Positions 56,585 through 64,000 of a stretch of DNA of 64,000 nucleotides are shown here, one piece after another. The notes under the pieces are model-generated. The model saw only the letters and a program-made list of their open reading frames with translations. It was not told the origin of the DNA and did not search any database. Position 1 is the first letter of the stretch. Each line of letters starts with the position of its first letter. The DNA is from Candidatus Aenigmatarchaeota archaeon (GTDB lineage: Archaea; Aenigmatarchaeota; Aenigmatarchaeia; QMZP01), in contig JBDRSV010000010.1 of the NCBI GenBank assembly GCA_043824495.1, forward strand, positions 41,995 to 105,994, written 5' to 3'. Made by a program: the position numbers and the translations under genes.

Positions 56585-58776
56585 AAATCATCCGTGCTAG
56601 GTGGTCTTCTTCCTGCTTCAGGCATTCCAACATTAAACACTCTGTTATACAAATTTCTGATATGGTCAAAGTAAACAATAGATTCTTGGTACGGTCTTGA
56701 AATCTTTAATTGAGAATAAATTAGAACAGCTCTCTCATACAAATATCTAGCTTCTTCAAAGTCTCTCTGCCTTAAACTATCATTTGCGTGTGCTATCAGA
56801 TCTTCGAATTCTTCTTCAAGGGTTCCTAGTTGTCCGTGCTCTGTTTTTATGTATCTCCTAGGCTTAAGTGGGCTAGATCCTATAATAACAGGTCCAGGCG
56901 ATGTTCTTGAAACTGTCATTGGCTTATCTGGTATTACAGGTACTATCTCTAGTTCTTCTGGTGGTATTGATCCTATTTCTGGTTGAGGTATTTCTCTAAC
57001 CTCTTTCTTAGGAGGAGCATATAGATGTTTAGGTTCCATATGTTCTGGTGAAAGCTCTGGAATATGAGGTAATATAGGCAATTCTTTTTCTAGAGGACCT
57101 GGTCGTGGTTCTTTTCTAGGTGGTTCTCTTAGTCTAGGTTCAGGTGCATATGACTCAATATCACGCAATTTCTTTCTAAGAAGTATCATATCTGATTTCA
57201 TTTGACTTATTTCTTGTCTAGATGAACTTGAAGATGTAACAGTAGGAACTTGATTATCTAAATGATTTTCTATATTTTGTAATCTATTCATGATTTGAAG
57301 GATTTCCTTGCTTTCAGTAGCTCCTGATAATGATTTAGAAGGAATTCTTTCTAGGTTTTGAACCCTTTTGATCAACTCGCCTATTATAGATTCGAAATCT
57401 CCTGGATTCTTAATCTCACCAGAAACAGCTGGATAATTGTTGTATCTTTCTATTTCTTTTACTCTGGATTCTAAATCGTTTCTAGTTTTCTCCACCCTAG
57501 ATTCTAATTCATCCTTAGCTTTACTTATGTTCTCTAACTCATTTTTCAGCAGCTGTTCATACTCTTCTGGAAGCCTTTTATCTGATTTTGCTGTCTCAAC
57601 TTTTTGTATCCTAGATCTCGTGTCTTGCATGTTTTTTCTGATTTCATCTAACCTCTTTGTCATATCTTCTATTTCTTTTCTAGATGCGAAGTCTTTGTTA
57701 ATCTTGACTACTCCCTTTTCTATATCTTTGAATCCCTTCTCTTTCATTGTTTTCACGAGTTTTTGCATTAAGTCCTTCATATCCTGGACTTTATCATCAT
57801 AAGCTATGTGTATGTTCTTCAATCTATCATCTATATCAGTTAAGTCATCCTTGTTAGCTGTTTTATCTAATTTAATTTCTATCAAATCTACGGATTTCAT
57901 AATCTCATTAAGCATGTCTTTGTTCAGTTCTATTTGCTCTTTGTATTTCCTGAACTCTTTTAGTGTTTTATTAGATTCAGAGAACATACTTTCTACTTTT
58001 CCAGCTTCTCTTGCCATATATTTCTTGTCGCTTTCAATCTCATTGAGTTTCTTCTGCATTTCATCAAAAACACTAATTATGTTCTCAAAACTTCTAATCT
58101 TTGCTAGAATGTCTCTCAAGCTTTTGCTATCTTCTGTTATTTTATTTGTTTTGAGTTCAAGACTCTCTAATTTGGCTTGATCTTTAAGTATGATTTCATT
58201 TATCTGCTCTAGACCTTTAATTACTTTTTCAGGCTTTACTTCATCTATTATATCCTTCATTTTGCTGTAGCCGCTTTCTATTTTATTGAAGGTTCTTTCT
58301 CTCTCTAAAAGAGCTGATCTAAGCTCTCCTATCTCTTCAGCTAGCCTGGATAGTCTCTCATCACCAGCTGCTCTCTGACTATCTAGAGATTCTAACTTGC
58401 CTTCGAGCTTCTCCACCTTGAAAAGTAGTTCGTCCAGGTTTCCGCTTCTTGGACTCTCTTTTTTCTGTTCAACATCTTCGTCTTTCTTGCTAAATAAACC
58501 AAACTTCTTCTTTTTCTCTTCTTTCTCAAGATCTTTGAATTCTTCTTGGCTGATTACGTTTTCCTCTTCTTTGATATTTTCTTGTGGCTCTATGGCTGGT
58601 TTAGCTTTCTTTTTCTTAGAACCCTTTGGCTCTTTCTTTTCAATTGTATCGCCTGTGTTCATTATCGCTTCTTTTATGTCTTCTAATTCTGTAGAATCCT
58701 TCCTTCCCTTCTTCTTTGCTTTTTTCAAAGCTTCTTCCAGTTCTCTATTAACTTCTTCGTCTACCATCGATATCAA
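56581..58776 (-). CDS. Long cytoplasmic coiled-coil protein with Pro-rich linker and terminal helical bundle
   Basis: K/E-rich heptads over ~400 aa, a PEP-rich tract and no TM; overlaps the upstream gene's stop. Confidence 0.75.
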   Translation of the reverse strand: MISMVDEEVNRELEEALKKAKKKGRKDSTELEDIKEAIMNTGDTIEKKEPKGSKKKKAKPAIEPQENIKEEENVISQEEFKDLEKEEKKKKFGLFSKKDEDVEQKKESPRSGNLDELLFKVEKLEGKLESLDSQRAAGDERLSRLAEEIGELRSALLERERTFNKIESGYSKMKDIIDEVKPEKVIKGLEQINEIILKDQAKLESLELKTNKITEDSKSLRDILAKIRSFENIISVFDEMQKKLNEIESDKKYMAREAGKVESMFSESNKTLKEFRKYKEQIELNKDMLNEIMKSVDLIEIKLDKTANKDDLTDIDDRLKNIHIAYDDKVQDMKDLMQKLVKTMKEKGFKDIEKGVVKINKDFASRKEIEDMTKRLDEIRKNMQDTRSRIQKVETAKSDKRLPEEYEQLLKNELENISKAKDELESRVEKTRNDLESRVKEIERYNNYPAVSGEIKNPGDFESIIGELIKRVQNLERIPSKSLSGATESKEILQIMNRLQNIENHLDNQVPTVTSSSSSRQEISQMKSDMILLRKKLRDIESYAPEPRLREPPRKEPRPGPLEKELPILPHIPELSPEHMEPKHLYAPPKKEVREIPQPEIGSIPPEELEIVPVIPDKPMTVSRTSPGPVIIGSSPLKPRRYIKTEHGQLGTLEEEFEDLIAHANDSLRQRDFEEARYLYERAVLIYSQLKISRPYQESIVYFDHIRNLYNRVFNVGMPEAGRRPPSTDDF

Positions 58777-61700
58777 CTAGGCTTCTTTTTATTAATACTT
58801 AAATGTTCTTCTAGCGAGGTTATATATATTTTGGCCATTCTGAACCTACCAAGCTTTAATTTGTCTTTAGCAAGCTTTACTTCTAATGAAACATCAAATA
58901 TGTCTTGTCCCTTAGCTTTCATTTCTGCTACCTTTTGTTCTACTACTTCTAATCTCTTTGTGAATTCCTTGTATATCTCCATTTCCTCGTTAGTAATTTT
59001 ATGTGGGTTATGCCACGTTGGTCTGAAGTTCACAAAGTATGGTTTACCATCATTATACTTAGGATTTTGAATCATTCCCACACCTATTGCTTGTCTGGAA
59101 ATTCTTTGAGCAAACTCTGATCCATACTTCTCTTCTACTTTCTTAATGTCTGACAATGACTTTGTATTGAGCTGTATATCTGTTAATATGTTACCTGCGA
59201 TAGCTTCCTTAAAGTCTGTGAGTACTTGAGAACACATGACTATTCCTATTCCCCACTTACGGAACTCTCTGGCAGCCTTCTCTAACCAGATATAACCACC
59301 TTTACCGCCGTATTTCTCGAGTAATCTGTGGACCTCATCAAATACTATGAGCATCCTCAAGCTTGTTGATTCTTCCCATCTAACCTTAAACATGGAGGAT
59401 ATAATGTCTTGTACTGCTTGATCATATTCTCCTGGTTTAAGCTTGTCAAGAGTGAATACTGTGATTTCACCAGGATTCATGTATTTCTTGATGTCAAGTC
59501 CCATCTTAGGTTGGGTTACTTCGAAAATCATACCTTTGTAAGGTCTTACATTTAGTTTATCCATACCAAACTTTGGATAGTGTTTTAGAAGATTATCATC
59601 TTTCAATGCCTTTACAAATCCTGTCCATTGTGATGTTGGATCGAATACGATTACTGGTATTTTTCTATCTAATGCTTCTTCAACAAATACAGAAGCTGCT
59701 ACGCTCTTTCCTGCTCCTGTTGATCCTGCAATAATCACATGTGTTGTTAAGTCGTCTAGATTGAACCATGCCTTTTTCTTTGTTTCAGCTACATTACCTA
59801 TCCAGAATGTTCTCTCATCTGGTTGTGGAAGTTTCTTGTAGTTAAGAGGGAACACGTATCTAGCCTTTGATTTCTTCCATTTTATGTATCTCTTTCGTCC
59901 AAAATATCCGCCAGCTCCGGCTACAATCAATATGATTGCTATTATGATTATTCTTCCTATCAGGGAATCCCAGAATGATTCAACAACATCGAAGACTTCT
60001 ATATCTTTCACTGATTGTGTTTCACCAAAATCTGCCCATACCTCAAGGAAGTAATTACCAAGAGGTATTTGTAATCCTCTAAGTCCTATGGTTTTTATGA
60101 AATTTTCTGTGTCTATAATTTCAATTACTTCACTCTCTTGTTTTACTATTTCTTCTGTATCACCTTTTTTCAGTATGTATGTGAGTGTGATGTTAAATCT
60201 GTCTTTGAATCCAGTGTTCTTCAGATCCACTCCGAATTTAAGATCACCTTCAGGGCTGATACTCTTTGTAATAATATCTATTATCATGCTTAAGGAACTG
60301 TCGCCTTCTATGCTTGTTCTTAGGATTATAGGAATTTCTTGTGTCTTTCCATCTGCTGATACTGTTAATACACCTGTGTATACACCAGGCTCTGTGTTCC
60401 TTGGAACTAGTACTAACGCTTCCAATGTTTCGCTTTGATTCATATCAAGATTGAATATATCTTTTTCCAAGAAGATGAAGTTACTAACTTCTCCTGTAAC
60501 TGATAGAGAGACAGCTAGATCTCTCTGAATAACATTTGTAACTGTAATTGTGTGGGTCTTGTTCTCTCCTATATGCATCCTAATGTCACCTAGGCTTGTT
60601 TTAACTGTGAATGGGAATTGAAGACAATCTGTAGCACAGTTTAGTGTGTTTTCTCCTGTTTCACATATCCCATTACCACAAGTAGCTGTTTTATCTGTTG
60701 TGCTAGGAGGTGTTGATCCGCCTCCTCCGCCTGTATTTGAAGTTCCTGTTGGAGTAGGTGGTGATACTTCACCACAAGATAATCCTCTACACCATTCAGC
60801 TAGAGCGTAAGAAGACGTTGAAGTCAATGTGAAAGACATTGTGTTTGCAGCTACATCTATATTTGTGTCATCTATTCCTGAAACCATTACAAAGCTATCT
60901 GAACATGTTCTGCTATCCAAATTCCATGCTCCACATCTGAATACTCTTATGTATGTTTCAGGTATTGCCTTTCCTATATCATTGAGTGCTTGTGTATAGT
61001 CAATCACTAAGTTTATGTTTGAGTATGAGACTGAAGAGGGTTCAATTACAACAGCCAACAGAATATTTCTTGCTGCATCAGGAGCATCAGCAGGTAAAGC
61101 TATGTTTCCTATATCTGTAGAATCGTTCAGTGTTACAGTGTCGAATATGAATGAATTTGTTAGGTTATCAGCATCTGTTGAGTTGTGTTGTAGTAGAAGA
61201 GAAGCTAACACATCAAATGAATTGAATGTTATAAAGTGGTTGTTCAATTCAAATTCTGCATCATAAGATCTCTTTCTCGCTGAGAATGTGTACAAGCCCT
61301 GAGTTGAATCAGCTTCAAATGTGTGTATTAGATCAGATGTTCCTGGTTTGTAGAAGATTATGTTCATTGTTTTATTGTCTCCATCAGGATCTGTTGTGTT
61401 TATGATCAAGTTTACTGGTATGTATACATCAAACCAGCCTGTTGTGCTATTCGCTTGTCCTAATGTATCATTTGCAAATACATGAATTGTATACTCAGTT
61501 GCAACATTTGGATTGTTGAATGTGAATCTATACTCGTTTCCAAATATTGCATCATACGTAGGTATTGTTACATTAACTCCGGAATATTCTACTATTACCC
61601 AAGCATTGTCAATAGCTGTGTTATCTGTTATATTTACTCTGATTTCTATTGTTGGTACTGAAGCAGCTTGGTCTACAGATGTTGCTGATACACCAGAGAA

Positions 61701-64000
61701 TTGTGGAGGTGTAACATCTACATATTTTATAGCATTGGACTCTTCATCAGATAATGTCATTCCGTTTATTGGTGTGTAATTTCCAATCACTCTCAAATCT
61801 GTGTTTATAGGATTGCCTTGTATGAACGGAGCACTACAATTAAGCCACCATGTTTGTGCGAGCACAATTGGTGGTGTTGTAGATACACATTCCTCACTTT
61901 CTATCTCTACGCGCCAGATCATACTGTCGGTTATAGGGACTTCATCGAATGTAGAATTTATCTGTATGTTTATCTCGGTCCCGTTATTGACATTAGTCTG
62001 TGGGGCTAGACTAGTTGGTAAAAGTATATCAACGCGTAAGTTTATGATATCTAGTGAGACAGAGACATTCTTTTGTGTCGGTGTTGCTCCGTCATTGTTT
62101 GTTATTGTAACGTTGGCAATGTATGTTCCGGTTGAAGCGGTTGTAGCATTATGGTGAATAGCTAAGTTGGTTGAACTTAGATTTTGTACATCAAAGTTTG
62201 AAGCACCTGCTGTTATGTTACCTGAACTATTTCCTGTTACGGTTGTATCAAAGTTCAGATCTTGATTGATGTTATTTGTGACTAGAACATTTCCTATTGT
62301 TCCACTAATACTTCCTATTCCAATGGTTCCTGTTAGTGTTTCAGGTGTGATGAACCAGTCTTGTTCTGTTACTGTTAAGTTTAGGAAGAATGCATCCCAA
62401 CAATCAGATTCTGGGAAGCAGGAAGATCCTGTAGCGTTTGCTCTTATGTAAATATAATACGTGTCTAGCGAAGCATTTAGAGGAAGAGTTGCAAACAATT
62501 GTACAAATGTATTTCCATTTTTTGAGATTGTTGTTATGTCAGTTGGTGTGAACTCCAAACTCCATGACAATAATTCAGAAGTGTTTGGTCCATATACATC
62601 GAAGACAATCGAAGATATTGGTGTGTTTCCGAAAGCTTCTACTGTGAAGTTTGCTATATTAGTTCTTGCTCCTATTGGTGCTGTAGAAATTACATTGGAC
62701 TCTACTATGTTAAGCACTGTAGTAGGGTCTATAACAACTGTTGTGTTGTTGTAAGCTAATCCCTTTGTTACATCACCATTTGTCCACTCAGCGCTTATGT
62801 TTATTAATTCTGAACCGATGTTTGCATAAGCTGTGACATTTATTTCACTTGATGTTGCACATGTGGATTGTGCTGCTATAGAAGTGCATGTTGCTGGTGT
62901 TGAATAGATGCCAGTAAGTGTTGGGATAGTTATTACAGGATTAAACATGGTTTCATCCCCTGTGTTGTTTATTATTAAATCAATTGTGAATGTGTAATTA
63001 GAATCTAATTTCAAATTAGTTGCAGTTTCTGTTACAGGTAATTGTATCAAGTCTCCGGTTGTGTTTCCTGTGGTTATGTTTATTTGAATTGTATCATTAT
63101 TGTCTGGTGTTGCATCATAGAATATTGAAGCATCAGCTACAATTCTACATTCTATGTTATGTATACCACCTTGGTCTGTTGAATTCAGCCATAGGAACCT
63201 GCTCCATCCTGTTGTGTTTGTTTGACTTGAACCTATGTAAGAAGCATCAGAATAGAAGCTGACATTATGCTTCTCCACCGCACTACCAGAGTCTTCATCA
63301 CTAATATCACAATATAGATCAATTGATGAATTACCCATACATTTTATTTGACCTAGGTTAATGCATCCATCAGAATATAGATCAATTGCTGTTACGCTGC
63401 TCCTTCCGAATAAATAGAATGGAATTTGGTTTGATCCTGTCTCATACAAATCTCCCCACGCATCTGCTTTTGCACTTCTAACACCAGGAGTTTCATTGGA
63501 TGGTATTTGCCATGTTGTATTTTCCGTGTTGCTGATTGTAGTCTCTGTCACAAAGTTTATTGTGTTAGAATCACCTGATGTGTAACTTAAACAATTACCT
63601 GCAGTATCAGCTATGCATATGTAATCTATGTAAACATGAGAAGCTTGTGTACCAGATCCTCCATTACCTTCGTCATGAACTGTTATAGTAAGTGAAGTTG
63701 CTGTTTGGAATCCAGTGTCATTACAAAAAGTTGTGTTCCATATTGCTGATCCTTGTGAAATAGGGGATCCTGATGGATTGATATTACATGTTCCTGTTCC
63801 TCCAGTTATTGTTATGTAAGAACCATCACCATATGTTCCCCAAGCTTTGTAATGTACTTTAAGGTAGTTTGATCCGATCACTGGGACATTCTGTGATGCT
63901 GTTTTGTAGCTTCCATCAACTATTTCCTGAGCTGATAAGTATAACGAGTAATCTTCAGTGTCTGCTTCAGTTGATATAATACAATTACAGTTTGCATCAT
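58773..64000 (-). CDS. Large surface (Ig/S-layer-like) protein with TM helix and cytoplasmic HerA/VirB4-like P-loop ATPase; 5' end lies outside the window
   Basis: Thr/Asn-rich ectodomain, TM IIIIAIILIVAGAGGYFGRK, THVIIAGSTGAGKS, LIVFDEVH and REFRKWGIG..SQ. The frame stays open to position 63998. Confidence 0.85.
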   Translation of the reverse strand, partial: DANCNCIISTEADTEDYSLYLSAQEIVDGSYKTASQNVPVIGSNYLKVHYKAWGTYGDGSYITITGGTGTCNINPSGSPISQGSAIWNTTFCNDTGFQTATSLTITVHDEGNGGSGTQASHVYIDYICIADTAGNCLSYTSGDSNTINFVTETTISNTENTTWQIPSNETPGVRSAKADAWGDLYETGSNQIPFYLFGRSSVTAIDLYSDGCINLGQIKCMGNSSIDLYCDISDEDSGSAVEKHNVSFYSDASYIGSSQTNTTGWSRFLWLNSTDQGGIHNIECRIVADASIFYDATPDNNDTIQINITTGNTTGDLIQLPVTETATNLKLDSNYTFTIDLIINNTGDETMFNPVITIPTLTGIYSTPATCTSIAAQSTCATSSEINVTAYANIGSELINISAEWTNGDVTKGLAYNNTTVVIDPTTVLNIVESNVISTAPIGARTNIANFTVEAFGNTPISSIVFDVYGPNTSELLSWSLEFTPTDITTISKNGNTFVQLFATLPLNASLDTYYIYIRANATGSSCFPESDCWDAFFLNLTVTEQDWFITPETLTGTIGIGSISGTIGNVLVTNNINQDLNFDTTVTGNSSGNITAGASNFDVQNLSSTNLAIHHNATTASTGTYIANVTITNNDGATPTQKNVSVSLDIINLRVDILLPTSLAPQTNVNNGTEINIQINSTFDEVPITDSMIWRVEIESEECVSTTPPIVLAQTWWLNCSAPFIQGNPINTDLRVIGNYTPINGMTLSDEESNAIKYVDVTPPQFSGVSATSVDQAASVPTIEIRVNITDNTAIDNAWVIVEYSGVNVTIPTYDAIFGNEYRFTFNNPNVATEYTIHVFANDTLGQANSTTGWFDVYIPVNLIINTTDPDGDNKTMNIIFYKPGTSDLIHTFEADSTQGLYTFSARKRSYDAEFELNNHFITFNSFDVLASLLLQHNSTDADNLTNSFIFDTVTLNDSTDIGNIALPADAPDAARNILLAVVIEPSSVSYSNINLVIDYTQALNDIGKAIPETYIRVFRCGAWNLDSRTCSDSFVMVSGIDDTNIDVAANTMSFTLTSTSSYALAEWCRGLSCGEVSPPTPTGTSNTGGGGGSTPPSTTDKTATCGNGICETGENTLNCATDCLQFPFTVKTSLGDIRMHIGENKTHTITVTNVIQRDLAVSLSVTGEVSNFIFLEKDIFNLDMNQSETLEALVLVPRNTEPGVYTGVLTVSADGKTQEIPIILRTSIEGDSSLSMIIDIITKSISPEGDLKFGVDLKNTGFKDRFNITLTYILKKGDTEEIVKQESEVIEIIDTENFIKTIGLRGLQIPLGNYFLEVWADFGETQSVKDIEVFDVVESFWDSLIGRIIIIAIILIVAGAGGYFGRKRYIKWKKSKARYVFPLNYKKLPQPDERTFWIGNVAETKKKAWFNLDDLTTHVIIAGSTGAGKSVAASVFVEEALDRKIPVIVFDPTSQWTGFVKALKDDNLLKHYPKFGMDKLNVRPYKGMIFEVTQPKMGLDIKKYMNPGEITVFTLDKLKPGEYDQAVQDIISSMFKVRWEESTSLRMLIVFDEVHRLLEKYGGKGGYIWLEKAAREFRKWGIGIVMCSQVLTDFKEAIAGNILTDIQLNTKSLSDIKKVEEKYGSEFAQRISRQAIGVGMIQNPKYNDGKPYFVNFRPTWHNPHKITNEEMEIYKEFTKRLEVVEQKVAEMKAKGQDIFDVSLEVKLAKDKLKLGRFRMAKIYITSLEEHLSINKKKPS

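Noticed and set aside
1-64000. Many short antisense or overlapping ORFs in the track (e.g. 781-981, 26436-27122, 39709-40161, 57437-58780 plus strand)
   Set aside because: They are shadows of confidently identified genes on the opposite strand, with no motifs or RBS.
1-64000. tRNA, rRNA or CRISPR arrays
   Set aside because: No cloverleaf with T-loop/CCA, rRNA-like tract or regularly spaced repeat was seen by eye. tRNAscan-SE and a CRISPR finder were not run.

Overview
This is an archaeal chromosomal segment, almost certainly DPANN. The evidence is a fused PriS-PriL primase, an exosome/proteasome operon, aCPSF1, SepF, Hel308 and GGTGA/GGAGG ribosome-binding sites; an Aenigmarchaeota-like lineage is a guess. 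Housekeeping blocks alternate with three accessory regions. (1) 15.6-23.4 kb, next to cdc6: a catalytically dead and an intact Xer/IntI-like tyrosine recombinase. These are followed by attC-like sites that obey the cassette end-complementarity rule, three toxin-antitoxin pairs, a frameshifted RsmB, a GNAT, a cupin and a serpin. (2) 26.0-32.1 kb: infB (aIF5B) is interrupted in its GHVDHGKT P-loop by a 23-nt insert that folds into a canonical bulge-helix-bulge (BHB) micro-intron. A free-standing LAGLIDADG endonuclease gene overlaps the infB start codon, with a structured RNA plus small ORF further upstream. Divergent from these is a diversity-generating retroelement (DGR) whose template repeat carries two ~20-nt hairpin inserts absent from the variable repeat, and whose RT has a 1-nt frameshift. 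(3) 44.7-64 kb: a 3973-aa mosaic protease/adhesin, a coiled-coil protein, and a >1740-aa surface protein fused through a TM helix to a HerA/VirB4-like ATPase. No tRNA, rRNA or CRISPR array was seen. All alignments and folds were done by eye.
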